Below, in pieces: positions 9,332 through 18,503 of a stretch of DNA of 60,000 nt. Numbering within the stretch: the first letter of the stretch is position 1; each line of letters opens with the position of its first letter. The stretch covers positions 1 to 60,000 of the forward strand of contig JAHOYU010000084.1 of NCBI GenBank assembly GCA_019038625.1, read 5' to 3'. The DNA is from Candidatus Latescibacterota bacterium (GTDB lineage: Bacteria; Krumholzibacteriota; Krumholzibacteriia; Krumholzibacteriales; Krumholzibacteriaceae). Position numbers and translations under genes: made by a program. The notes beneath the pieces are model-generated. The model had not been told where the DNA came from. It did not search any database and worked only from the letters and a program-made list of their open reading frames with translations.

Positions 9332-10087
9332 ATGGACATGAATGGTTTCGAAGGCAAAAAGGCATTGATCACTGGCGGATCGAGAGGAATCGGAAGAGCT
9401 ATCTCACTCATGGCAGCGGCCAGAGGAGCCGATATAGCTATCAATTTTGTGAAAAACGAGGAGGCTGCGGCTGAGACCGCGGCCGAGATAGAGAAACTCG
9501 GGCGCAAATGCCTGGTCATCAAAGCCGACGTTTCGGAACCGAAGGAGATAAAGACCCTTTTCGCGTCTGTGAAGGAAGGCTTTGGCAGCCTGGACATGCT
9601 CGTCTCAAACGCCGTGTCGGGTGTCATCGGACCGGCCGATAGAATCGGAAGGTTCGGCTGGGACAGGGCGATCAACACCAACAGCCGTTCGTTCATGCTT
9701 CTGGTCCAGCAGGCCGTAAAGATATTCCCCGAAACTGGGGGAAAGATCGTGGCTATATCATCGATCGGCAGCAGCCACTGTCTCCCGGGGTACGCGGCCG
9801 TGGGCGCCAGTAAAGCGGCACTGGAGACCCTTGTGAGATATTTCGCGAAGGAGCTGGCACCCAGGAGCATCAACGTCAACGCGGTCTCTGGCGGGCCGGT
9901 CGAAACATCGGCGCTTGACTATTTCCCGGACAAGGACCAGATTATTGAGGAATGGCAGAAAAAGACTCCGCAGAAGAGGATTGCCAGGCCTGAAGAGATA
10001 GCCACGGTAGTCGGATTCCTGCTTTCGGAGGATGCCTCCTGGATTCAGGGGCAGACAATAATTGCCGACGGAGGGTTGACTCTGTAG
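9332..10087 (+). CDS. SDR-family oxidoreductase, enoyl-ACP reductase FabL-like
   Basis: 251 aa. The Rossmann motif is ITGGSRGIGRA. The stretch NFVKNEEAAAETAAEIEKLGRKCLVIKADVSEPKEIKTLF...LDMLVSNAVSGV closely resembles B. subtilis FabL as remembered, and a Tyr/Lys catalytic pair (YAAVGASKAALE) is present. It is co-transcribed with trxB, with a 12-nt gap. Confidence 0.8.
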   Translation: MDMNGFEGKKALITGGSRGIGRAISLMAAARGADIAINFVKNEEAAAETAAEIEKLGRKCLVIKADVSEPKEIKTLFASVKEGFGSLDMLVSNAVSGVIGPADRIGRFGWDRAINTNSRSFMLLVQQAVKIFPETGGKIVAISSIGSSHCLPGYAAVGASKAALETLVRYFAKELAPRSINVNAVSGGPVETSALDYFPDKDQIIEEWQKKTPQKRIARPEEIATVVGFLLSEDASWIQGQTIIADGGLTL

Positions 10088-10131
10088 ATAATTGAAACTG
10101 GTCCAATAGATTTTGGCTGAAAGGAATTGAA

Positions 10132-10638
10132 ATGGAAGAAAAAAGAGACCTCACCACTCTCGAAGTACTGAGCATCGGAATAAAATCCGAGATCGACGCT
10201 GTAAAGCTCTACTCAAAGATGAAAAAGATGGTCGGCACCGACGATCTCAGGGAAAAGATGGATTTCCTCATCTCGCAGGAGGAGAAACACGAGAGTATCC
10301 TGAAAGAAGTATACAACAAGAAATTTCCCGAAGTGGAGCTGGCCCTTCCCCCGAATTCGATCGTGCCGATGATCGATGAAGTGCTGGGCAGGGAATCCTC
10401 GCTGAAGGAACTCTTCCAGGTAGCGATGAAAGCAGAACAGCTCGCCATGAAATTCTATACAGATCTGGCCGACAAGACATCCAACTCGAACGCAAAATCG
10501 ATCCTCATGTATATGGCCAGCATGGAGCAGAGCCATTATGCCATTCTTCAGGCGGAATTTGGACAGATGGAGATGCTCGACACGGAGGATGCCTCCAGGT
10601 TCCTCGACAGCGAGGGTCTCATGTTCATGGGCCCCTGA
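10132..10638 (+). CDS. ferritin-like / rubrerythrin-family di-iron four-helix-bundle protein
   Basis: 168 aa with two E...ExxH-type ligand sets: SEIDAVKLY...QEEKHESIL and KAEQLAMKFY...SMEQSHYAIL. Confidence 0.75.
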   Translation: MEEKRDLTTLEVLSIGIKSEIDAVKLYSKMKKMVGTDDLREKMDFLISQEEKHESILKEVYNKKFPEVELALPPNSIVPMIDEVLGRESSLKELFQVAMKAEQLAMKFYTDLADKTSNSNAKSILMYMASMEQSHYAILQAEFGQMEMLDTEDASRFLDSEGLMFMGP

Positions 10639-10673
10639 GCCTGCCAGGAATACATATCTGAATAATCGATTTC

Positions 10674-10704
10674 AAAGGCCCCTTATCGGGGCCTTTTTAT
10701 TTTG
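10674..10704 (+). terminator. rho-independent terminator after the trxB-fabL-like-ferritin-like operon
   Basis: The 9-bp stem AAAGGCCCC / GGGGCCTTT has a 5-nt loop and is followed by TTATTTTG. It lies between convergent genes. Confidence 0.65.
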
Positions 10705-10711
10705 CCTTCTG

Positions 10712-12076
10712 TTATCTCGAATAAAAATCGATCATCCGCTCGATTGAAGCGGTGCAGGCTGGACAGAATCCATCTAGATTCTTTGACTTCATGATGCAGT
10801 CATGCGCCGACCTGTACAGTCCCTCGGCCGAATAACCAGCGCCCTCGAAACAACCGACATGATCGAAGTAGGTCGAGTCGTCAGGCGTGGGAACCGGAGT
10901 ACCCGGCGCGATAAGGTGTCCCCATTTCAGGGATTCCGGATCGAGTAACGCCGTGATATTCGGTTCCCAGGGTTCTACTCCCCGGGGATACATGTCGTTG
11001 TACGCCACCTGCGATAAAAAATATTCATCAGCAAGACCGGCAAAGTGGTGTCCCAATTCATGCACAAAGATGTATCCGTCGAACTCGTTGTCCGAGATAC
11101 AGGTGGCATACAGGCGAAAGATACCTCCGCCTCCATATTTTTCCTCATTTGCCAGGATCATCATACAGTCATAAGGAACCTTGGCCGCTATATCCCTGAC
11201 CGCCTTGTTCGAAAGCGACAGCATGTAGCGGTCGAGTTCGAGACTGTTGAACGACAGCCCGGCAATATTGTTCCTGTAGACTCCCTCCCTGGGATTATCC
11301 ACCCCCGACTCGCCCGATATCGATTTTACCAGCCTTACGTTAAAATCATTCTTCCTGCTGGCGAAAGGTTCCACGCTGAAAAGAATCTTGACGAACCTGT
11401 CGACATCGTCTTCGAGTTTGTGCAGTTCACTCTTTTTATAACCGTCTCCGATGATCACCAGGTCGACCTTGCTGGACGGAGGCCCGTTCTCCATGATCTT
11501 CTTTACTTTGAACCCGGCGTGCCGGTTCTCGGTTGTGATATGATAATCATCGGGATCCACGATAAAATCATACACTGTCCTGAAAATATTAATCCTGTCC
11601 CTGCGCTCGACCCTTACCTGGACTGTCCTTTTCGGAAAAGGAAAGATCAGTGATTCGTGATATGTCGCGGCATCTCCAGCCAGCGCTTCGTCGGTCGTGA
11701 TCCACTCGCCGAACAGGGAACAATAGCCCATCGAATAGATAAGCCGGTTCGTCTCCAGGTCATAGACCCTTAAATAATGCCCGCCAAGGTTCATATCATC
11801 GATCAGTTTTCTGGGATTTCCGGCCCAGTATGGTTCTCTGATGATCTCGTCAACAGCGTATACCTCGGCATCAGCCACCCCGGTATGATAGAGATCGACT
11901 CGCATCGCACCCTTCGTAAACCAGAAATCAAAATCGGGTTGATCCTGTGCCTCAACCATCATCGGCAGAAAAGCAATAGTTCCCGCAAAGACCGTAAATA
12001 CGGTTAGGAATATTGCTGCCGACAAAAAGAAACGACGTAATAACATAGAAGATCCCTTCTCTAAATTGACTATCAT
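10712..12076 (-). CDS. peptidase M64 (IgA-protease-like zinc metallopeptidase), exported
   Basis: 454 aa. An N-terminal TM/signal segment is present. M64 signatures are DLVIIGDGYKKSE, YGGGGIF and the zinc motif VHELGHHFAGLADEY. Confidence 0.85.
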   Translation of the reverse strand: MIVNLEKGSSMLLRRFFLSAAIFLTVFTVFAGTIAFLPMMVEAQDQPDFDFWFTKGAMRVDLYHTGVADAEVYAVDEIIREPYWAGNPRKLIDDMNLGGHYLRVYDLETNRLIYSMGYCSLFGEWITTDEALAGDAATYHESLIFPFPKRTVQVRVERRDRINIFRTVYDFIVDPDDYHITTENRHAGFKVKKIMENGPPSSKVDLVIIGDGYKKSELHKLEDDVDRFVKILFSVEPFASRKNDFNVRLVKSISGESGVDNPREGVYRNNIAGLSFNSLELDRYMLSLSNKAVRDIAAKVPYDCMMILANEEKYGGGGIFRLYATCISDNEFDGYIFVHELGHHFAGLADEYFLSQVAYNDMYPRGVEPWEPNITALLDPESLKWGHLIAPGTPVPTPDDSTYFDHVGCFEGAGYSAEGLYRSAHDCIMKSKNLDGFCPACTASIERMIDFYSR

Positions 12077-12813
12077 CTTGAACGGGTCACGCCTGTCTTA
12101 CGGCAGAGACCCTCAATGGGACATTTGGAACAATGTGGAGACGTCGGAGTACAGATCGCCTTGCCGTACATCACCAGCAGGTCGTTGATCTCGATCCAGT
12201 GCTTCCGGGGCAACACTTTCCTTAACGCAAACTCTGTCTCGGTCGGATTTTTCGTTCTGATGACGCCCAGCCGGTTGGTCACTTTGTGTACATGTGTATC
12301 GACACAGATACCCGGTATCCCGAATCCAAGGGTAAGTACCAGGTTCGCTGTCTTTCTTCCCACACCGGGAAGACACACCAGCTCATCGATCGTATCGGGC
12401 ACTTCCCCACCGAATTCATCCTCCAGCATTTTGCAGAGACCCGTGATCGATCTGGCCTTTACCTTGTAGAATCCCGCGGGATAGATCGCCTTTTCTATTC
12501 GGGCAGGCCCCAGACTCGCCATCTCACCGGGAGTACCAGCCAGATCGAACAGTCTGGCGCTGGCCAGACCAGTCACCTCGTCCTTCGTCCTTGCGCTGAT
12601 CACCGTGGAGACCAGCACCCGGAATGGTGAGCGTGTATTTCGGGCGATTATTGTGACTGAAGGATCATCCTCCCCCTCCATAGCTTTTTTAACGGGGGGA
12701 ACGATCTTCTTAAGGACAGATGTAGCCTCTTTCTCTCCAAAAGGGAACCATTCTTCTTTGATCTTCAAGTCGCTCATGAGATTCTCTTTCTTCTCCATGT
12801 GTTGCAGAGACAC
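12073..12813 (-). CDS. nth: endonuclease III (DNA glycosylase/AP lyase)
   Basis: 246 aa. The HhH-GPD core is LPGVGRKTANLVL...CVDTHVHKVTNRLG, and the C-terminal 4Fe-4S loop is C-x6-C-x2-C-x5-C (ICTPTSPHCSKCPIEGLC). It overlaps the M64 gene start by 4 nt. Confidence 0.9.
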   Translation of the reverse strand: MSLQHMEKKENLMSDLKIKEEWFPFGEKEATSVLKKIVPPVKKAMEGEDDPSVTIIARNTRSPFRVLVSTVISARTKDEVTGLASARLFDLAGTPGEMASLGPARIEKAIYPAGFYKVKARSITGLCKMLEDEFGGEVPDTIDELVCLPGVGRKTANLVLTLGFGIPGICVDTHVHKVTNRLGVIRTKNPTETEFALRKVLPRKHWIEINDLLVMYGKAICTPTSPHCSKCPIEGLCRKTGVTRSR

Positions 12814-13031
12814 AAGCTATCACGTCTGACGCTTCATTTTCAACTCATTTTCCTTGACAATTATCACCAGCCTTTTTTATTCTTTCTCGTCACGTGCTGC
12901 ATGATCCAGACCGGCATATGACGGTCCGGGTGACATTTCAGGTATGAATATCCGGCACATGTTAATATAGTGACGTCAAGCGGACATCGATTATCAGCAG
13001 ATCGGGCAGGGGCCTGAGTAGGAGGAAAGAA

Positions 13032-14183
13032 ATGGAATGGACCTTCACCGAAGAACAGCAGATGCTCAAGGATATGGTTAAGAAATTCGTCGACAACGAA
13101 CTCAGGCCGATAGCCGCAAAAATAGACGAGGAAAAGAAGATCCCGAAAGAGTTCATAGCCAAAATGGCTGAACTGGGATTTCTAGGGATTGCCTTCCCCC
13201 CCGAATACGGCGGAGCCGGCATGGGAGAGACAGGCTACTGCATCATGCAGGTTGAGATAGGCCGTGCCTGCGCTTCTACCGCGACATTCATAGGAGCGCA
13301 CCAGAGTATCGGCTCATCCGGCATCTACATGTTTGGCACCGAAGAACAGAAGCAGAAATACCTCGTCCCTCTCGCCGAGGGAAAAAAGATCGGTGCCTAT
13401 GCGCTTACCGAGACCAGCGCTGGTTCTGACGCTTACAACCCCAAGACTACAGCCGAGGACAAGGGAGACCACTACCTCGTCAATGGGGGAAAGATCTTTA
13501 TCACTAACGGTAGTTTTGCGGACATTTTCACAACCTTCGTAAAGAATGTAGGTGGCCCGAACGATGGCAAGATGTCTGTCCTTATCGTCGAGAAGGACTT
13601 CGAAGGGTTCAAGGTCGGAAAGATAGAAGAAAAGATGGGCATACGCGGCTCGGAGACCTCCGAACTTATATTCGAGGACATGAAAGTCCCCAAGGAGAAC
13701 CTCCTTGGACGCGAGGGACGCGGACTGCTCGTAGGGATGAAGGTCCTCAATACGGGAAGACTGGGCCTGGGTGCCGCTGCTCTTGGAGCCGCGCAAGAGA
13801 GCCTCAAACTCAGCACGGCCTATGCGAAGGAAAGGGTCCAGTTCGGCAAAAAGCTCTCACAGCATCAGGGTATTCAGTGGATGCTCGCCAACATGTCCAT
13901 GGAGATATTCAACATGGAGTCGATCCTGTACAGGACTGCCTGGATGTACGATCAGGGCCAGAATGTGACAAGAGAATCGTCCATAGTAAAGCTCTATTGC
14001 TCCGAAGCCCTCGACCGGATCGTCGACGATGCCCTGCAGATATTCGGCGGCTACGGATTCACCTGCGAGTTCCCCATCGAAAGGATGTACAGGGATTCAA
14101 GGATCAATCGGATCTTTGAGGGTACGAGCGAGATACAAAAAATGATCATCGCCCGCGACGTCCTTCACGCAAGGGACCTGTAA
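13032..14183 (+). CDS. acyl-CoA dehydrogenase
   Basis: 383 aa with typical ACAD motifs (GAYALTETSAGSD, FITNG, QIFGGYGF, RIFEGTSEIQ). AGGAGG RBS. Confidence 0.95.
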   Translation: MEWTFTEEQQMLKDMVKKFVDNELRPIAAKIDEEKKIPKEFIAKMAELGFLGIAFPPEYGGAGMGETGYCIMQVEIGRACASTATFIGAHQSIGSSGIYMFGTEEQKQKYLVPLAEGKKIGAYALTETSAGSDAYNPKTTAEDKGDHYLVNGGKIFITNGSFADIFTTFVKNVGGPNDGKMSVLIVEKDFEGFKVGKIEEKMGIRGSETSELIFEDMKVPKENLLGREGRGLLVGMKVLNTGRLGLGAAALGAAQESLKLSTAYAKERVQFGKKLSQHQGIQWMLANMSMEIFNMESILYRTAWMYDQGQNVTRESSIVKLYCSEALDRIVDDALQIFGGYGFTCEFPIERMYRDSRINRIFEGTSEIQKMIIARDVLHARDL

Positions 14184-14225
14184 ATCGGATAGACTGACGT
14201 TTTCGTATTGTCAGCTTCGTGTTTC

Positions 14226-14263
14226 AATCCCGCTGACCACCGATGGCCAGCGGGATTTTTCTT
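14226..14263 (+). terminator. rho-independent terminator after the acyl-CoA dehydrogenase gene
   Basis: The 10-bp stem AATCCCGCTG / CAGCGGGATT has a 12-nt loop and is followed by TTTTTCTT. Confidence 0.6.
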
Positions 14264-14289
14264 GCTCCTGCCGGAGCGGAGACTGAGGT

Positions 14290-15822
14290 TCACTCACCCG
14301 CAATGAGCCTCGGCACTCTGTATTGGACCGCTTCCTTCACATGCTCTCGCGAGATCTCTTCAGTCTCCGCGAGATCAGCGATGGTCCTCGCCACAAGGAT
14401 GATATTTTTCCTTGTCCTTGCGCTGAGAGAAAGAGATTGCTGAGCCTGGTCCAGAAGGTCTGCCGCGTCTCCTTCGACAGGACACAGCTTCAAAGCCTGG
14501 GGGAGGGTCAGATCCGCGTTTCTTCTGACATAAGGCTCCCCCGCGTACCTCTGCTTTTGGATAGACAGGGCCCCGATCACACTTCTGCGGATCGTTCCTG
14601 AATCCTGCCCGTCGCCCCCATCTCCGGTCGCGAATACTGCCGCCCTCACACCCATCACCGGCAGAAAGATCGCGATCCTGTCCATCAGAGGCCCCGACAG
14701 GCGGGAGAGATATCTCTTCACCTGAAGCGGAGTACAGATGCAGTCCCTGTCCCGGCTGCCGTCGTACCCGCAGGGACATGGGTTCATGGCCGCGAGAAGC
14801 TGGAATCTCGCAGGATACTTCAGGCTGATATTCGCTCGGGATATAACTATCCTTCCCTCTTCGAGGGGTTGTCTCAGAGTCTCAAGGACATTTCTCCGAA
14901 ACTCTGTCAGCTCGTCGAGAAACAAAACACCATTATGCGCGAAAGTGATCTCACCTGGAGCTGCCCCTCTACCTCCACCTATCAGACCGGCGTCACTTGC
15001 TGAATGATGGGGCGAACGGAACGGCCGACTGAAAACGACTCCGTCCTCCTCCAGTCTGCCGGTGACACTCGAAATCTTTGCGCACTCGAGCGCCTCTTCT
15101 TCATCCAGCGGAGGGAGGATCGTCGGGAACCTTCTTGCGATCATCGTCTTTCCAGAACCTGGAGGCCCTGTCATAAGCACATGATGCCCTCCTGCCGCAG
15201 CTATCTGGAGCCCCCTCTTTGCCTGAAAATGACCCAGGACCTGGGCAAAATCAAGCCCGTCATCAGGAGACGGCCTTTCCTCTCTTTCGATCTCCGACAC
15301 ATCCCTCGCCCTGTCTCCTTCAAGCAGTTTGATCACGTCCCCCAGCCCCCGGCATGGCGCGATCTCGATCCTTCTTAAAAATGAAGCTTCCGGACCGTTC
15401 CCCTCTGGGACAACGAGGCAATCATGCCCGACATCCCTTGCATGGCAGGCTATCGGCAACACACCTCTAACCGGATTGAGTTGCCCGTCCAGGGTGAGTT
15501 CTCCGAGGAAAAGAATCTTTTTCGGTGTGACAGACTCTATCTGCCCGCTTGCGATCAGGATTCCCACGGCCACGGGCAAGTCGAATGCCGCACCTTCCTT
15601 GCGCATATCCGCTGGCGCCAGATTTACTGTGATCTTTTTCTGGGGAACCTTGAATCCGCAGTTCCTGAGAGCGGCCGACACCCTCTCCCGGCTCTCGCGG
15701 ACTGCCGCGTTCGGAAGTCCTACTATCGTGAACGAGGGTAGACCCCGTGCAAGGTCTATCTCCACATCCACACCATATCCATTGATACCGGCAACAGCAC
15801 CGGACTTTATCGTCGCGATCAT
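14290..15822 (-). CDS. comM: YifB/ComM-family Mg-chelatase-like AAA+ ATPase
   Basis: N-terminal Lon-like domain (GLPSFTIVGLP..AVRESRERV), Walker A GPPGSGKT, FLDELTEF, and a C-terminal ChlI-like region. The track ORF starts at 15858. The internal ATG at 15822 (MIATIKSGAV...) is preceded by GGGAGG and matches the usual family N-terminus. Confidence 0.9.
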   Translation of the reverse strand: MIATIKSGAVAGINGYGVDVEIDLARGLPSFTIVGLPNAAVRESRERVSAALRNCGFKVPQKKITVNLAPADMRKEGAAFDLPVAVGILIASGQIESVTPKKILFLGELTLDGQLNPVRGVLPIACHARDVGHDCLVVPEGNGPEASFLRRIEIAPCRGLGDVIKLLEGDRARDVSEIEREERPSPDDGLDFAQVLGHFQAKRGLQIAAAGGHHVLMTGPPGSGKTMIARRFPTILPPLDEEEALECAKISSVTGRLEEDGVVFSRPFRSPHHSASDAGLIGGGRGAAPGEITFAHNGVLFLDELTEFRRNVLETLRQPLEEGRIVISRANISLKYPARFQLLAAMNPCPCGYDGSRDRDCICTPLQVKRYLSRLSGPLMDRIAIFLPVMGVRAAVFATGDGGDGQDSGTIRRSVIGALSIQKQRYAGEPYVRRNADLTLPQALKLCPVEGDAADLLDQAQQSLSLSARTRKNIILVARTIADLAETEEISREHVKEAVQYRVPRLIAGE

Positions 15823-15871
15823 CACTACCTCCCATCTTCCCCCACACGATCGCTTCAAGCTCAGTTACGTA

Positions 15872-16882
15872 TCAATCCCCGAGAAAATCCACAAGTTCGT
15901 GAAGTTTCTTCCCGGGCCTCTTCTTCCCTTCTCTTCTTGTAAGGACAGCTGCCGAGACTATCGGAAGAGCTATAGTCGCGTCGGAAAGTACCGTCACCAT
16001 CTTCGCGTCCACCGCGATCTTTCCCCACGAAACCGCCTCCTCGAATGTACAACCGCTGAGACCTCCCCAGTTCGGAGCATCGACCACAAATTGAACGGCA
16101 TATTTATGTCCGTCCATCTCCCGGCCATACACGAGATTGGTGACCTCCGTCTGCTGGATGAAATTCTTCGGCGTGCCTCCTCCGACATATATGACCATCG
16201 ACGGTTTCACCGCTGCCAGGTCGGCGGTCTCCCGTACATCACCGATCATATCGAAGATCACGCCCGGTTCGTTCCTGACAAGTCCTATACCGATAGATGA
16301 ATCGCCGATAGCAGGACAATATACCGGCACCTTCAGCCTGGCCGCGGCCGACAGGATTCCGTCCTCACCTTTCGAATCCCTCGCGGCCTCTTCACCGAGG
16401 AGCCTGAGGAATTCTCTCGTAGTATACGGCCTGTCCTCCAGCACATTCTTCGCCCATTCTCCCATCTTGATATCCAGATCGAAGAACTTGTCCTCATCGG
16501 CGTACGTGTCGTATATCCTGTCTACTTTTGCTTCACGAAGCTCGATGTCATCGGCGTGAGCAGACCCTATGTGATGAAAATGTCCGGCGGTCTCAAAATA
16601 ATCATGGTAGAGATTAGCTCCTGTCGACACGACGATATCGATCAGCCCCGACTCCATCAGCTGCACTACAAGCTTTCTCATTCCGGCAGGCACCATCGCA
16701 CCGGCCAGTCCCAGCCATACACTGATATCCTCATCCAGGGCCTCAGCCCAAATCCTGGCGGCATTAGCCAACTGCCTCCCCTGGAAGCTGCACCCTTCGA
16801 GCCGCTCGAGCAGTTCACTGCACGTGATGCCGGGAGCAATCTCGATCGGCCTGGTAGGATTGGACAGGAATTTTTTCTTCAT
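15872..16882 (-). CDS. deoxyhypusine synthase-like protein (aminobutyl transferase family; homospermidine-synthase-like candidate)
   Basis: 336 aa. DHS-family patterns are STGANLYHD, VYCPAIGDSSIG and VGGGTPKNFIQQT. It lies 3 nt downstream of speB. Confidence 0.8.
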   Translation of the reverse strand: MKKKFLSNPTRPIEIAPGITCSELLERLEGCSFQGRQLANAARIWAEALDEDISVWLGLAGAMVPAGMRKLVVQLMESGLIDIVVSTGANLYHDYFETAGHFHHIGSAHADDIELREAKVDRIYDTYADEDKFFDLDIKMGEWAKNVLEDRPYTTREFLRLLGEEAARDSKGEDGILSAAARLKVPVYCPAIGDSSIGIGLVRNEPGVIFDMIGDVRETADLAAVKPSMVIYVGGGTPKNFIQQTEVTNLVYGREMDGHKYAVQFVVDAPNWGGLSGCTFEEAVSWGKIAVDAKMVTVLSDATIALPIVSAAVLTRREGKKRPGKKLHELVDFLGD

Positions 16883-16885
16883 ATA

Positions 16886-17722
16886 CTATTTTACCTCCAC
16901 AGCAAGAGCACGTGATATCGCTTCGTAGACAGCTCTGGCGGCGATAAAGTCCGACGCATCATCGTTTGGGACGGGGCATAGTTCAACAGCGTCCATTCCA
17001 ACGACAGTCTTCATGGAAAAAAGCCAGGAAAGGATATCAATCAGGTCGTCCCAGTTCAAACCACCAGGCTCAGGAGTCCCGACCGCCCTGATAACAGAAG
17101 GGTCGATTCCGTCAAAGTCGAGCGAAAGATACACCCTGGCTGGAAGCTTTTCCACAGCATGCTTCGCGTCGATGCCCCAGCGGTTGAACACCTCGACATC
17201 GTCGCTTTCATCTATAAATCTTTTTTCATCGATCGAATAACTTCTAACACCGATCTCAACGATGTTTCCGAACGAAAGTGAATTCCTTGCAGCACATGCG
17301 TGGCTCTCTGTGTCTCCGAGATACTCGCGTCGCAAGTCGGCATGAGCATCCAGCCACACTATGCCGATCTCTCCATAATCCATCGCTTCCAGGATCCAGG
17401 GCGTTATCGAATGTTCACCGCCCAGAAAACAGGTAAAAACCGATGCAAGAGTCTCCCTGTTCGAAGAAATAAAATCAATCAGTTCATTTTTCGTTTCGAG
17501 ACCACCATCAAGAGTAACGATACCAGCCCCCTTGAGGTCGATATCGACAGACGGATTATACGATTCGATCTGCCTGGATGCATTCAATAGCGCAGCAGGA
17601 GCTTTTCCGGTCCCCTTTATATAGGAAGTTGATAGTTCGATCGGAACGGGAACTACACAGGCCCGGGGCGGCCCACTACAGGCTACTTCATCCCCCAGAA
17701 ATTCATGACTTGTCCTGATCAT
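16886..17722 (-). CDS. speB: agmatinase (arginase/ureohydrolase family)
   Basis: 278 aa with Mn-ligand motifs GGEHSIT, WLDAHADL and SLDFDGIDPS. Confidence 0.9.
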   Translation of the reverse strand: MIRTSHEFLGDEVACSGPPRACVVPVPIELSTSYIKGTGKAPAALLNASRQIESYNPSVDIDLKGAGIVTLDGGLETKNELIDFISSNRETLASVFTCFLGGEHSITPWILEAMDYGEIGIVWLDAHADLRREYLGDTESHACAARNSLSFGNIVEIGVRSYSIDEKRFIDESDDVEVFNRWGIDAKHAVEKLPARVYLSLDFDGIDPSVIRAVGTPEPGGLNWDDLIDILSWLFSMKTVVGMDAVELCPVPNDDASDFIAARAVYEAISRALAVEVK

Positions 17723-17750
17723 AAGGGTGACACCTTCAACGTCCCGGACT

Positions 17751-18305
17751 TCATCTGTAATCGCAGAATACAGCCGCTGCTATCACCGTCGTCCATTTCC
17801 CGTCCTCACCTCTCGATGTCTGAGCGATATTGGTTGTCTTTACTATATCCCCACCTATCATGAACTCCTGCTTTCGCTCGTCCCATGCCTTGTCGAGGTC
17901 TATCTCGATACCCAGCGTTGTGGCCAGCATCGACGCGGCCAGATCCTCAGTGTAATCACCGAGTGGTTTCCTGGTTTTCCCAAAAGTATGATGTTCGGAG
18001 ATGTATCCATACTTGCTGTCGTCTCTGGGCAGTGACACTCCTACCGCGCTTCCGATGAGTCGGTTCGGTTCGTTCGAACTATTCTTGCTGAGCACACAGA
18101 AAACGACTTCACCCGGTTCCAGGAGTTGTATCCCGATTGCTCGCTTGACCAACTTGCACCTGGGGGGAAATATGCTCGATACCTGCACGAGATTGAGATG
18201 CGCTATGCCGGCATCTCTAAGGGCAAACTCAAAACTCGTAAGTTTCTCCCTGTGCTTACCAGTTCCCCTGGTAAGAAAGATTTTTGATGGAACATTTTTT
18301 TTCAA
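17751..18305 (-). CDS. pdaD: pyruvoyl-dependent arginine decarboxylase
   Basis: 184 aa. The self-cleavage/pyruvoyl site context NLVQVSSIFPP matches the PdaD NL(I/V)R(I/V)SSI(M/L)PP motif. TTG start. Confidence 0.88.
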   Translation of the reverse strand: MKKNVPSKIFLTRGTGKHREKLTSFEFALRDAGIAHLNLVQVSSIFPPRCKLVKRAIGIQLLEPGEVVFCVLSKNSSNEPNRLIGSAVGVSLPRDDSKYGYISEHHTFGKTRKPLGDYTEDLAASMLATTLGIEIDLDKAWDERKQEFMIGGDIVKTTNIAQTSRGEDGKWTTVIAAAVFCDYR

Positions 18306-18405
18306 TCAAGGCTCCTCACCGCTGATCGTCTCTTTCCCCATCCTGATCAAACATCAGACGACAATACCTTAAAACCGGATCCTGCCGTGATATCGACCGG
18401 GGAGT

Positions 18406-18434
18406 ATTATCATCACGGAAAGAAAGAATGTCAA
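18406..18434 (-). promoter_or_regulatory. sigma70-like promoter for the pdaD-speB-DHS-like operon
   Basis: On the minus strand: TTGACA (18434-18429), a 17-nt spacer, then GATAAT (18411-18406). It sits immediately after the upstream gene's terminator. Confidence 0.45.
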
Positions 18435-18466
18435 TAAAGAAAGCGGGGAGAACTGCTCCCCGCTTT
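18431..18466 (-). terminator. rho-independent terminator of the Lys/Ala-rich protein gene
   Basis: An 11-bp stem (18440-18450 / 18456-18466, AAAGCGGGGAG / CTCCCCGCTTT) has a 5-nt loop. On the minus strand it is followed by CTTTATT. Confidence 0.6.
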
Positions 18467-18503
18467 TACTTCAATTACTGAATATTACTATTACCTGATA
18501 TTA

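Noticed and set aside
15329-16300. 323-aa plus-strand ORF
   Set aside because: It spans the comM/DHS-like gene junction on the opposite strand, and both of those genes have strong family signatures.
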